Assembly: GCA_963696385.1 (NCBI GenBank)
Contig: CAVOKF010000007.1
Coordinates: forward strand, 768,001-832,000
Direction of reading: 5' to 3'
DNA length: 64,000 nucleotides
Source of the DNA: an uncultured delta proteobacterium
GTDB taxonomy: Bacteria > Myxococcota_A > Polyangia > Polyangiales > Polyangiaceae
Below the pieces are notes generated by a model that was not told the DNA's origin, ran no database searches, and worked only from the letters and a program-made list of their open reading frames with translations. Each line of letters begins with the position of its first letter. The stretch's first letter is position 1. This document shows positions 38,328 through 48,331 of the stretch, one piece after another. A program made the translations under genes and the position numbers.

Positions 38328-41300
38328 ATGGCACGTTCGCCGTTGCCGCCGCGTCCGGGTGCCGGAGGGATCTTCGTCGGCGCTGCCTTTGGCCTGGCCG
38401 CCGTCGTCGTGCTCTTTGGGGGCGCATTCGGCGCGTATCTCTCGGCCGCTGGCTGGGTGGATCACACGCTTCAAGTTCGCCAGGGGGTCGCGGAATGGAT
38501 GGCGGCGGCCCGCGACGCCGAAAGCGACGCGCGGGACTACGCCGCCACGGATCAGCCCGTTTTTCGCGAGCACTACGAGGCCGCACTGGCCCGGGAGAGA
38601 GCGACCGAGAGCCACGTCATCGGTCTCCTCGCGGACAATCCTGCGCAAGCTCGAAACGTCGAAGCGACCGACCGAGAAGCTCGGGCCGCCGTCGATGATT
38701 TACGCGACGTGGTCGCGCTGGCCACCGCGGGACATCGCGATCAAGCGCTCGCTCGGTTCGGATCGAGCGAGCGCAAGGACCGAATGGATCAGTTTCGCAC
38801 GGATGCGCGCGGCATTCGTTCCGAGGAAGAACGGCTGCTTGTCGAGCGGCGCGCAAGTGCCAAACGACGGGGAGGGATCGCGCTCGTCGCTGCCATCGGA
38901 CTGGCTCTGTCGTCCTGTGGGCTTTTGGGCCTCGCGTGGAGGCGCGAGGGGTTGCATCGCCGGTTCGTCGCCAATCTTGCCACCGAGGCTCAAGAGCGGC
39001 TCGCGGCCCTGTCCGATCTTGCGGCGGCCCTCTCGGACGCGCGCACTCGTCCGCAAGTTGCGGGGGTGATCGTCGATCATGGAATGCGTGCGGCCGGCGC
39101 CGACACGTGCACCCTTTACGAACTCGACGAAGCCGGCGAGGTGCTGGAGCTCATCGGCCACCGTGGAGTCGCGCCCGATGTGCTCACCCAGGTCCGCCGC
39201 ATCACTGAGACGGCGGGTGCGCCCGCGACGTTCGCGACCATGAGGGCCGGCCACGCCACGTGGGCCGAGTGCGAAGCCGACTACGCCCATCTGCATCCCG
39301 CGCTCGCGACGATGAAGACCGAGGGCCGCAGAGCCAAGGCGTTCTGGAGCGTGCCTCTCGTCGCCGAAGGGCGGACGCTGGGTCTTCTGGGCGTCGGCTT
39401 CTATGAGCCCCGGCGGTTCTCCGACAACGAGAAGGGGTTCGTCGAGACGCTCACCCGGCACTGCGCGCAAGCCTTCTTGCGCGCACTTCGACTCGAGCGG
39501 ATCGACGAGGCCAGGCAATGGTTTGCCACCACGCTGCGAAGCATCGGCGATGCCGTGATCGCCACCGACGCCGAGGGGCGCGTAGCGTTCCTCAATCCTG
39601 TGGCGGAGATGCTGACGGGCTGGACCGAAACGGATGCTCGAGGGCGCCCCCTCGACGAGGTGTTTTGCATTTTTTCCGAGCCGACAAGCGCCGTCGTGGA
39701 AAACCCCGTGACCAAGGTGCTGCGAGAGGGGACCGTGGTAGGACTCGCGAATCACGCGATCCTGAGGTCGCGGCGCGGAATCGACGTCCCCATCGCCGAC
39801 AGCGGCGCGCCCATCCGCAGCGAAGGCGGGCGCATACTCGGGGTCGTGCTCGTGTTTCGCGACGTCACGCGCGAGAAGCGTGACCGCACGCGAAGCGAGT
39901 TTCTTGCAAAGGCGGGCGAGGCGCTCGCCGCGTCGATGGACTATCCCTCCACCCTGGCCGCAGTCGCTCGCCTCGCGGTCCCCATCCTGGCCGATGGGTG
40001 TGCCGTCTACCTGCAAGAGCCGGGGACGAAGACTTTGCGACAGGTGGCCGTCGCGCACGCGGACCCAGACAAAGCGCGCTTCGCTCGCGAACTCGGAGAA
40101 CGCTACCCGCCCGATCCCAACGCGTCGATCGGTGTGGGGCACGTGATGCGCACGGGCGAGGCAGAGCTTCATCCGGAGATCCCGCGAGCCCTTCTCGAGG
40201 CCACGGTACGGGACGCCGAGCAGCTGCGAATCCTTTGCGACCTGCAGCTGAAGTCCGCCATCGTCGTGCCCTTGCGGGCTCGTCGCCCCCCGCTGGGTGC
40301 GATCGCATTGGTCCACGCGGAGTCAGGGCGGCGCTACGAGGAAAGCGACCTTGCCTTCGCCCAGGACTTCGCGCACCGCGCCGCCATGGCGATCGAAAGC
40401 GCCTTGTTTCTCAAGGAGACCGAAGAGGCGCGCGCTCAGGAGCGCGTCCTGCGCGGCGAGGCGGAGCTCGCCAGTCGCGCAAAAGACGAGTTTCTTGCCA
40501 CCGTGTCGCACGAGTTGCGAACCCCGCTCAATGCCATCCTCGGCTGGACGACGACGCTCCGCCGACGAGGCCTGTCCGACGACGTGGATCGCGCCTTGTC
40601 CATCGTCGAAAGGAATGCACGTCTGCAAACGAAGCTCATCGAAGACGTGCTCGACATTTCGCGCATCATCAGCGGAAAGCTCGCACTGAGCCTCGGCCCC
40701 ACGAACGTGGCCGAGGCGGTCTCGGCGGCGCTGGAAACGGTCACCCCGGCCGCAGAAGCCAAGGGCATCATGACGTCGGTGGACGTGCCCGACGCGACTC
40801 TGACGATCACGGCCGACGGCGATCGCCTGCAGCAAATCGTCTGGAATCTTTTGTCCAATGCCGTGAAGTTCACGCCGAAAAGCGGTCACGTCGCGATCGC
40901 CGCGTACCGCGATGGCTCGGATGTCTGCATACGCGTGAGCGACAGCGGGGAGGGCATCCGTCCCGACGTGCTGCCTGTCGTGTTCGAGCCCTTCAAGCAA
41001 GCGGACGCGTCGACGACGCGGCGTCACGGCGGGCTCGGGTTGGGGCTTGCCATCGTCAAGCGGCTCGTGTCGGCCCACGGCGGGATCGTGCACGCCGAAA
41101 GCGAGGGCGACGGCAAAGGGGCCACGTTCATCGTACGCCTTCCGGCGCGATCGGCGGTGCCCGCCATCAGCCGCGGGGCGCGCGGGTCCACGACGATCCA
41201 AACGGCGGCGACCCCGATTGAAGATGCGCCGAGACTCGATGGCCTGCGGCTGCTCGTCGTGGACGACGAGGAAGACGCGCTGGGACTCGTGAGCGAGGTC

Positions 41301-41624
41301 CTTCGCGAACAGGGAGCTGACGTGCACGTCGCCGGATCGGCATGCGAAGCTCTGGAGAAGTTCGCGAGAGTGAGGCCCGACGTCGTCGTGAGCGACATCG
41401 GAATGCCCGAGGCCGACGGCCTCTCTTTGATCCGGAAGATACGAGCGCGGCCACCCGACCAAGGCGGGCGCACGCCGGCCGTGGCGCTCACGGCCTACGC
41501 GCGGGCGGAGGACGCCCAGCGCGCCTTTGCGGCCGGGTACCAAATGCACGTCACGAAGCCGGTCGAGCCCATGCAGCTCGCGACCATCGTGGCAAGCCTA
41601 GGCGGCCGCACCCTCGACGCATGA
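38328..41624 (+). CDS. Hybrid sensor histidine kinase (CHASE3-GAF-PAS-GAF-HisKA-HATPase-REC)
   Basis: WVDHT..V, AES..R.Y (CHASE3); SIGDAVIATD (PAS); SHELRTPL; NAVKFT; GLGLGL; VVDD, SDIGMP, KP. Confidence 0.93.
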   Translation: MARSPLPPRPGAGGIFVGAAFGLAAVVVLFGGAFGAYLSAAGWVDHTLQVRQGVAEWMAAARDAESDARDYAATDQPVFREHYEAALARERATESHVIGLLADNPAQARNVEATDREARAAVDDLRDVVALATAGHRDQALARFGSSERKDRMDQFRTDARGIRSEEERLLVERRASAKRRGGIALVAAIGLALSSCGLLGLAWRREGLHRRFVANLATEAQERLAALSDLAAALSDARTRPQVAGVIVDHGMRAAGADTCTLYELDEAGEVLELIGHRGVAPDVLTQVRRITETAGAPATFATMRAGHATWAECEADYAHLHPALATMKTEGRRAKAFWSVPLVAEGRTLGLLGVGFYEPRRFSDNEKGFVETLTRHCAQAFLRALRLERIDEARQWFATTLRSIGDAVIATDAEGRVAFLNPVAEMLTGWTETDARGRPLDEVFCIFSEPTSAVVENPVTKVLREGTVVGLANHAILRSRRGIDVPIADSGAPIRSEGGRILGVVLVFRDVTREKRDRTRSEFLAKAGEALAASMDYPSTLAAVARLAVPILADGCAVYLQEPGTKTLRQVAVAHADPDKARFARELGERYPPDPNASIGVGHVMRTGEAELHPEIPRALLEATVRDAEQLRILCDLQLKSAIVVPLRARRPPLGAIALVHAESGRRYEESDLAFAQDFAHRAAMAIESALFLKETEEARAQERVLRGEAELASRAKDEFLATVSHELRTPLNAILGWTTTLRRRGLSDDVDRALSIVERNARLQTKLIEDVLDISRIISGKLALSLGPTNVAEAVSAALETVTPAAEAKGIMTSVDVPDATLTITADGDRLQQIVWNLLSNAVKFTPKSGHVAIAAYRDGSDVCIRVSDSGEGIRPDVLPVVFEPFKQADASTTRRHGGLGLGLAIVKRLVSAHGGIVHAESEGDGKGATFIVRLPARSAVPAISRGARGSTTIQTAATPIEDAPRLDGLRLLVVDDEEDALGLVSEVLREQGADVHVAGSACEALEKFARVRPDVVVSDIGMPEADGLSLIRKIRARPPDQGGRTPAVALTAYARAEDAQRAFAAGYQMHVTKPVEPMQLATIVASLGGRTLDA

Positions 41625-41669
41625 TCGGCCATATGCGCCGAAATGCACGACGCCGACCGCCGACGCGGC

Positions 41670-42668
41670 TCACCTTCTTCGGAATCGCCGATCCATGAAG
41701 TTGGCGTCGGCGGGGCTCGGCATGCCGTCTACGCCGCCGAGAGTTCCCTGGGGGACGCCTAGGGTGTGGTCGGTCGGCCTGAAGAGAAAGTATCCACCGA
41801 CCGCTGCGCCCGCTGCAAGCGCAGCGCCCCCAGCGACCCAGGGCCAGATCACGCCACCCTTCTTTTCGCTCACGAGGGTGATCTCGAGCGTGCGCGTCTC
41901 GCGTTCGCGCAGATCGATGTCCGCTTCGTAGGCCACTTTCCCGGGCGCGGTGACCGTCACTTGGTGATGCCCGGCATCGAGCTTGCCATCGAACCTGCCG
42001 GTCGCCGAGGTGCGACCGTCGATGACGATGGTCGCGCCGGAGTCGGCCACGATCGACAGCTGTCCGGTGTGCACTTCCGGCACGAGAGTGAGCGTGGTGG
42101 TCGACGACGAACCTCCGGTCATTTCAACCGTCGCAGAGGCCACCTCGAAGCCGGCCTTCTGAACGGAGACAGTGTGCTTGCCGAGGTCGACCACCAGGGG
42201 TCCGTCGAGCGGTGAGGTGCCCGCGACTTCCCCGTCGATCTTGACCGTGGCCCCGGCAACGTTGGTCACGATCGTCAGCGCACCCACCAGATTGGCGGTG
42301 GCGGCCAATGCCGCGTCCGCCGAGGCCTTGCCCTCGGCGCTGATGCCGGCACCCGCCTCGCGCTCGTACTGCTGCAGGTACTTTTGCATACGGGCGTACG
42401 CGCGGAGGTTCTTTTCGCAAATAGCGATATTGAAGAGCAATCGAGGGTCGCCCGACAGCTGGTGGGCCTGATCGTACTTGGCGGCGGCGCCCGTGAAATC
42501 GCCATTGTGAAATAGCAAAGTGGCCGACGCGTAGGCCTCTTTCGCAGGTCCACTGAGGGCCTGGGCAAGCGGAACGTCATGGCGGGGCAAAGTCGCTTGC
42601 GCCGACGCGACGTCGGGGACAAGCAGCAGCGCTCCGCATAGGCACAAATACCGGAAACGGTTCGGCAT
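41670..42668 (-). CDS. TPR plus PEGA-domain exported protein
   Basis: Signal peptide, helical TPR-like part (LLFNIAIC), two PEGA-like units (GATVKIDG, GATIVIDG), C-terminal hydrophobic segment. Confidence 0.8.
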   Translation of the reverse strand: MPNRFRYLCLCGALLLVPDVASAQATLPRHDVPLAQALSGPAKEAYASATLLFHNGDFTGAAAKYDQAHQLSGDPRLLFNIAICEKNLRAYARMQKYLQQYEREAGAGISAEGKASADAALAATANLVGALTIVTNVAGATVKIDGEVAGTSPLDGPLVVDLGKHTVSVQKAGFEVASATVEMTGGSSSTTTLTLVPEVHTGQLSIVADSGATIVIDGRTSATGRFDGKLDAGHHQVTVTAPGKVAYEADIDLRERETRTLEITLVSEKKGGVIWPWVAGGAALAAGAAVGGYFLFRPTDHTLGVPQGTLGGVDGMPSPADANFMDRRFRRR

Positions 42669-42677
42669 GGCGCACAC

Positions 42678-44156
42678 TCACATCGGCTTGAGAGTCGAAA
42701 ACGGATCTTTAGCTCCCTGCCCGGCTGGCGGAGGGGACGGAACGGGGATCACCGAGGCCGCCGGCGACGGGCGGCGGCGAGGCGACGATCGAGTCGCGGC
42801 CTGGGAAGCCGCAGCGGCGGGCCCGTCACGCAGCTCGAATCCGCGATCGATAGGCGGCGGCGCACCCGCCGCGATTTCGCCTTGGACGGCAGCGCTCGGA
42901 GCCGCCGGCACTCGCGCCGGAAGCGGGTTGGCCGCCGGCGCCTGAACCGGCGGCGGATCGACCAGCCCGGCGGTGGGAGCCGTCACGGCAGAAGCCGCCA
43001 CAGTCTCGCGCTCGTTCTTTCCCGAAAGCCGACCTGCGAAGAGCGACGCGACCACCGTCAAGACCGCGACCCCCACGATGGCCGCCAACGCCAGGGCCAG
43101 GCGCCGACCCGACGGCCGCCCCGGTCTCGTGTACCCCAGTGCGGCAAAGGTTTCGGCTGGTTTCGGCGGCCCAGAGTCCGGAGCCAGACCGGTCGTGTCG
43201 ACCGCCAGCTCCGTTGACCCGGCGTTTGCGCGCTGGAACGTTCGCACGATGCGGTCAATCGAATGGCGCCCGCGGTCGGGCCCGAACGGCGCCACGGCCA
43301 TGGCGAGCTCCGCTACGCTGCGAAAGCGCCGTTCGCGATCCTTCTCCAGGCAGGTGAGGATCGCCGATTCGATCTCTTGCGGGGCGTCGGGCCGCAAGCC
43401 GCGGAGCCGAGGGGGAGCCATCGTGGCGATGCGCATGCAAACTTCCGGCAGCGTCTCGCCGAGGAAAGGAGAAGTCCCGGTGAGCAGCTCGTAAAGAATG
43501 ACGCCGAGAGCCCAGATGTCCGTACGGGAGTCGACCGTGCGAGAAGACGTCATCTGCTCCGGCGACATGTAGAGGGGCGTACCCATGAGGGCCGCGGTCC
43601 GGGTCATCGCGACGTCCGGCGTGGAGCCGTGCACGCTCGTCACCTTCGAAATTCCGAAATCGAGCACTTTGACGCACGGAAGGCCATCGGGCCGAATCGT
43701 GCAGAACAAGTTGGCGGGCTTCAGGTCCCGGTGGACGATTCCGAGCGTATGCGCTTCCGCGATCGCTTCGCAGGCTTGCAGCAGCAGCTCGACGGCTTCG
43801 GAGATCGGCAGCGGGCCGCTTTCTTTGAGGCGCGTGGACAGGTCGGCCCCTTCGAGGAACTCCATGACCATGTACGGCGAGCCGCTTTCGAGCGTGCCGA
43901 CGTCGAGAACGCGAGCCACGTGCTCGCTCGCGATTCGCACGGCCGCTCGGGCTTCGCGCTCGAAGCGGGCGACCGCCTCGGGGCTTTGCACCATCGGGGT
44001 GGCGAGAAACTTGATCGCGACGCGCGTCTCGAGCTGCAAGTGATGGGCCGCAACGACGACGCCCATGCCGCCCACGCCCAGTACGCGATCGACCCGGTAT
44101 TTGGCCACGAGCACGTCCCCGACGCGGACCCCGGAAACGAGTTCGCGATCGGACAA
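42678..44156 (-). CDS. Transmembrane Ser/Thr protein kinase
   Basis: GVGGMGVV, AIK, HRDLKPAN, DFG, GTPLYMSPE; TTG start with AGGAGGAG upstream. Confidence 0.93.
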   Translation of the reverse strand: MSDRELVSGVRVGDVLVAKYRVDRVLGVGGMGVVVAAHHLQLETRVAIKFLATPMVQSPEAVARFEREARAAVRIASEHVARVLDVGTLESGSPYMVMEFLEGADLSTRLKESGPLPISEAVELLLQACEAIAEAHTLGIVHRDLKPANLFCTIRPDGLPCVKVLDFGISKVTSVHGSTPDVAMTRTAALMGTPLYMSPEQMTSSRTVDSRTDIWALGVILYELLTGTSPFLGETLPEVCMRIATMAPPRLRGLRPDAPQEIESAILTCLEKDRERRFRSVAELAMAVAPFGPDRGRHSIDRIVRTFQRANAGSTELAVDTTGLAPDSGPPKPAETFAALGYTRPGRPSGRRLALALAAIVGVAVLTVVASLFAGRLSGKNERETVAASAVTAPTAGLVDPPPVQAPAANPLPARVPAAPSAAVQGEIAAGAPPPIDRGFELRDGPAAAASQAATRSSPRRRPSPAASVIPVPSPPPAGQGAKDPFSTLKPM

Positions 44157-44276
44157 GCACTCCTCCTGATTTCCGTCGACGGCGGCCGAGATTCAGGCCG
44201 TAGGCGCGCCCAACCCGGAATGACTGTGCCCGGTGGCGCAGCGGGCGTCAAGACTGTGCCGGGTGCAGGATCGGCC

Positions 44277-44434
44277 GGGGTCGGGGTCGGGGTAGTCGGG
44301 GTTGCGGTCGGGTCGCGGTCGGGGTAGTCGGGGTCGCGGTCGGGTCGCGGTCGGGGTAGTCGGGGTCGCGGTCGGGTCGCGGTCGGGTCGCGGTCGGGGT
44401 GGTCGGGGTCGCGGTCGGGGTGGTCGGGGTCGCG
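44277..44434. repeat. Compound G-rich tandem repeat with a 32-bp higher-order unit
   Basis: About three copies of GGGGTAGTCGGGGTCGCGGTCGGGTCGCGGTC plus shorter variants, between divergent genes. Confidence 0.92.
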
Positions 44435-44481
44435 CCGGGTTGGCGTGTTGCTCGGCTGCAGCCTAAAGGCAGGTCACCGTC

Positions 44482-45222
44482 ATGTCGGTCGCAACCGGTG
44501 AGCCGACTTGGCGTGTTGTGCTGCTGGTCGCGGCGATGATCGCGTGCGATACGGGCGACACGCGATTCGCGGTCCAATTCGCGTCCGACTTTGCAGCAAG
44601 CCGCCGTACGGTCTCGGTGCTGGGCGTATTCAAGGACGGTCGCATGTCGTCGAGCGGCTGGGAGACCCTCCGGCCGCACCTGGCTTCCGCGCTCGGGGGC
44701 GAACACTGCGACGTCGGCTACGACGCCCTCGGGTCCGATCGTGAGGCTCTAGCGGACGCGATCGACGGATACACTCGCGCCAATGGGCCGACCGACGATC
44801 TCCTGGCGCAAATCGCGCCCGCCGCGAAGGGCGACTTGGTCCTGGTGCTGACGTACGCGGGGGCTCTTCCTCGACGGGTCGCGTCGGATGCCGGGCTTCC
44901 GCCTAGCGCGCCGGCGCAAGGGATGGGCGGAGGCCGCGGCGGTGGCCGCGGAATGCGGGGAGCCGGTCCGTCCCGAGCGACGTCCAACCACCCAAGCAGC
45001 GTCGACACCAACGTGCTCGACATCGGCGCGTCGCTTTACTCGGTGGCCCAGTCCCGGTCCGTCGCGTCGGTCGCGATGCAGTATTCTGGCGGCAGCCTCG
45101 ACGAGGCCATGACGAGGTTCGCGGCGAAACTCGGCGAGTCGCTTCCGGGCATGTCGTGCGCCGGCTGGAACTGGGACGCGAAAGTCGATGTCGACCGGAT
45201 TCGCCAGAGTATCGACGAATAA
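44482..45222 (+). CDS. Hypothetical lipoprotein
   Basis: Lipobox-like AMIAC; Gly/Arg-rich insert; no recognised domain. Confidence 0.65.
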   Translation: MSVATGEPTWRVVLLVAAMIACDTGDTRFAVQFASDFAASRRTVSVLGVFKDGRMSSSGWETLRPHLASALGGEHCDVGYDALGSDREALADAIDGYTRANGPTDDLLAQIAPAAKGDLVLVLTYAGALPRRVASDAGLPPSAPAQGMGGGRGGGRGMRGAGPSRATSNHPSSVDTNVLDIGASLYSVAQSRSVASVAMQYSGGSLDEAMTRFAAKLGESLPGMSCAGWNWDAKVDVDRIRQSIDE

Positions 45223-45464
45223 TCGGGTTCGTTCGCGAACATAATATTATTCGAAATTCACTTTTCGAGTGTGGGCTTTGGGGGCCGCAGGTGACCTTCG
45301 AAGCGAGCGTTGAGTGGAGGCGGGCTTCGCGTTGGGGCAGGTCGCGGGCGGGCTCCCATGGGACGCACCCGCGGTACGGTTGCCTGCACTTTGGTGACGA
45401 GCGGTACGTATGGGCTGACCACGCGTCGTTGACCCCCTTGCGCTCGGAGCTACACATGTACCCC

Positions 45465-46790
45465 ATGAAATTGGTCTTAAGCCGAAAAGTGTCCGCATTG
45501 AGCTTGTCTGCCGGAGTCGTCGCGCTGGGAGGCGGGCTCTTCGCTTGCAGCGGCTCGTCGAGTAGCTCCAATACCGGCACGGGCACGGGCACGGGCACCG
45601 GTACGACCACGAACGTGAGCGATGCGGGCGCAGCGGCCGACGCCAATGCCAACACGACGACCGACGCCACGGCGGTCACCACGGGGACGTGTCCTCCTGC
45701 CGCCTACGTGACGGCATGCGCGGCCCCCGTCGACCAGATCGATTTCACCCCCATGTATTCCGCGTTCATTCCGGGGAGCACGGCGCACGTATTCCAGATT
45801 CCAGCCATCACCGATGACGGCAACCCCGGGACGACCTGGTGCGTAGGGGATTCGACTCAGGCGATCCTCGCCCCCGAGTCCTTTAACGGCCTGCCGGGGG
45901 TCATGATCAACGTCGAGGGCGTCGGGGCAGGCTCGGACGGCGACGCGGGCGCGCTCGGCACGATCCAGGTCTACGCGCTCGAAAGCGATGGCACCTGCGG
46001 GACGTCCACTCTGACGATTACGTCCACCACCGAGGCCGAGTGGACGCTTGGCAGCGCGCGCTACAACGACGACATCACGTTGACCGGAACGCGCACCGGC
46101 GAGGGCGCCCTCCTGGCGGGCACAGACGACGCCGGCAGCGTCTACGAGAAGGACGGCGGGACCGCGTGCACGAACTGCCATGGCCCCACCGCGACGACCG
46201 GACCCTACCGACAAGTGGCGCATTCGCCGGAGCAGACGGGCGGCTTTAGCGACCAAGTCCTCGTTGGGATCTTCACGCAGGGCAACGTTCCCGGCTGGAC
46301 TCCGACGCAACCGCCGCCAACGGACGGCGGCGGTTATTGGGATCCGTCCGTCATCAATGCCGCGTGCGACGCCGGTCCCCCCAACTACGGTCCGAATCAA
46401 TCCACGGTAACCGACCCCCTCATCCGCGACGCAGGCACCGAGCCATGCGGTACATGGGCCTACGACACCTGGCACTCGTTCCATCAATGGTCCGACATCT
46501 CCACGCCCCAAGAGCAAGCGGCCATCATCACGTATCTGCGCGCGATCGCGCCCGAATCGCAGAATGGTACCCCGGCCGAGAACTTTGGCGGCCGTGGCGC
46601 GCCGGGCGATGGCGGCCCTCGCGGGCGGCGTGACGGCGGCTTCCCCTTCGGAGATGGTGGCTTTCCCTTCGGGGATGGCGGCTTTCCCGGCGAGTTCGAT
46701 GCAACGACCGCCGACGCGGGTACGCCCGACACCGGCGCGAGCACGCCCGACACCGGCGCGAGCACACCCGACACCGGCGCAGACGAATAG
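45465..46790 (+). CDS. Lipoprotein with one c-type heme motif
   Basis: Lipobox LFAC; CTNCH at 46167-46181; ..IITYLRAIAP C-terminal helix typical of cytochrome c folds; repeat-rich tail. Confidence 0.75.
   Translation: MKLVLSRKVSALSLSAGVVALGGGLFACSGSSSSSNTGTGTGTGTGTTTNVSDAGAAADANANTTTDATAVTTGTCPPAAYVTACAAPVDQIDFTPMYSAFIPGSTAHVFQIPAITDDGNPGTTWCVGDSTQAILAPESFNGLPGVMINVEGVGAGSDGDAGALGTIQVYALESDGTCGTSTLTITSTTEAEWTLGSARYNDDITLTGTRTGEGALLAGTDDAGSVYEKDGGTACTNCHGPTATTGPYRQVAHSPEQTGGFSDQVLVGIFTQGNVPGWTPTQPPPTDGGGYWDPSVINAACDAGPPNYGPNQSTVTDPLIRDAGTEPCGTWAYDTWHSFHQWSDISTPQEQAAIITYLRAIAPESQNGTPAENFGGRGAPGDGGPRGRRDGGFPFGDGGFPFGDGGFPGEFDATTADAGTPDTGASTPDTGASTPDTGADE
46722..46780 (+). repeat. 21-bp coding tandem repeat (TPDTGAS) x3
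   Basis: ACGCCCGACACCGGCGCGAGC repeated in frame. Confidence 0.85.
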
Positions 46791-46830
46791 CCCGGAATAG
46801 CCCGGTCCTCAGTAGCTCGCGGGTGTCCCC

Positions 46831-48282
46831 ATGAAGCGCATTGCCATCGCGGTCGTCGGTCTAGCCACCGCGTGCGGTGGCAGCAGCGGTGAAGAGACCA
46901 GCGGGGGAGCCGATGCGGCGAGCGACCGGCTCGCCGCTCCGCTCGTCGAGTCCGGCGCCGGTTCGACGGGCGCCGATGCCGATGCCGAAGTGGCCGATGC
47001 GGCCGAAGCGGCCGACCCGTGCGCGGACGCCGGGGTGCCGCCGAGTACGCTGGCCTGCACCGGGCTCTATTCGGACTTTGCGACCCTGACCCTGTCGCCC
47101 AACGCGCAGGCGTATGCTCCCGCGGTCCCCCTGTGGTCGGATGGCGCCACGAAGGAGCGTTGGATCGAGCTTCCGCCGGGCCAGCAAATCGACGTGAGCA
47201 ATCCGAACGAGTGGACGTTCCCGGTCGGAACGAAGCTTTTCAAGCAGTTCACCTACGAAGGGGTGCGCGTCGAAACGCGGATGTTTCAAAAACTCGACGC
47301 CAATCCGAGCTACTGGGTCTACGCCACCTACGCCTGGAATACGGATCTGACGGAAGCCACGATCAATTACGGCTCGACCGTACCCGTGGGCGACGACGGT
47401 GGCACCTGGATCATCCCAACGAACGACGATTGCCTCTACTGTCACGAGGGAAGACAAGATCGCATCTTGGGGTTCGAGCAAGTCTCGCTCGGTCTCAGTG
47501 GGGCAACCGGGCTCACCCTTCTGCAGCTCGTCGTGCAGAATCTCGTCACGCCGCCGCCGACCCAGGTCAATCTATTCATCGGCGACGACGGGACCGGGCT
47601 CGATGGCCCAGCCCTGTCGTGGCTGCACATCAACTGCGGCGTGACGTGCCACAACGCGAACGAGAGCGCGCAAGCCTACGCGGCGGGGATGCTCTTGCGG
47701 CTGGATCCGACGCAGCTCAATGGGTCGCCCGCGACGACGACGAGCTGGAACGACTTGAATACGACGATCAACGTACCGTGCGTTTCGGGCAGCGTTGCGG
47801 GCACACCCCGCATCCAGCCCGGAGACCCGGACGCGAGCGCGATTGTTCAGCTCATCAGCGAGCGCGGCATTCTTCAAATGCCCCCGATCGCATCGCGGTT
47901 CGTCGACACGACCGATGTCGCCTCGGTCGTGGCTTGGATTTCCCACATGCCCGGCGTCGACGCGGGCGTCGAGGCCGGACCCGTCGCCGACGCGGCCAGC
48001 GAGAGCGGTTCCGACGCAACGGTCCCGGCGGACGCGAGCGACGGCAGTCTAACCACCGACGCCCTTTTGACGACGCCAGACTCCACGACGCCGGACGCCA
48101 CGTCGACGCCAGACTCCACGACGCCGGACGCCACGTCGACGCCAGACTCCACGACGCCGGACGCCGCCTCCTCACCCGACGCGGAGGAGGACGGCGGCGA
48201 GCCCGACTCCGCAGAAAACACGGCGGAAGCGAGCGAGGACGGCGGCTATGCCGACGACGCCAACGACGGGGGAACGGATTGA
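46831..48282 (+). CDS. Lipoprotein, probable diheme c-type cytochrome (SO2930-like)
   Basis: Lipobox ATAC; PLWSDGA.KER, FPVGT..K.F, VETR; CLYCH (47431-47445) and CGVTCH (47635-47652); MPP distal-ligand-like motif. Confidence 0.75.
   Translation: MKRIAIAVVGLATACGGSSGEETSGGADAASDRLAAPLVESGAGSTGADADAEVADAAEAADPCADAGVPPSTLACTGLYSDFATLTLSPNAQAYAPAVPLWSDGATKERWIELPPGQQIDVSNPNEWTFPVGTKLFKQFTYEGVRVETRMFQKLDANPSYWVYATYAWNTDLTEATINYGSTVPVGDDGGTWIIPTNDDCLYCHEGRQDRILGFEQVSLGLSGATGLTLLQLVVQNLVTPPPTQVNLFIGDDGTGLDGPALSWLHINCGVTCHNANESAQAYAAGMLLRLDPTQLNGSPATTTSWNDLNTTINVPCVSGSVAGTPRIQPGDPDASAIVQLISERGILQMPPIASRFVDTTDVASVVAWISHMPGVDAGVEAGPVADAASESGSDATVPADASDGSLTTDALLTTPDSTTPDATSTPDSTTPDATSTPDSTTPDAASSPDAEEDGGEPDSAENTAEASEDGGYADDANDGGTD
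48071..48165 (+). repeat. 33-bp coding tandem repeat (TPDSTTPDATS) x3
   Basis: CGACGCCAGACTCCACGACGCCGGACGCCACGT, essentially exact copies. Confidence 0.9.
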
Positions 48283-48331
48283 GGGGCCCTACGGCGGCCG
48301 TCGGCTTCGATGGCCCCTCGACGGCGGTGCG

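Noticed and set aside
44277..44434. 32-bp repeats as a CRISPR array
   Set aside because: Units are contiguous and low-complexity with no unique spacers, and no cas genes are present
46785..46804. GAATAGCCCG duplicated at the stop of the 45465 gene, as a possible insertion footprint
   Set aside because: No transposase or inverted repeats nearby; simple slippage explains it
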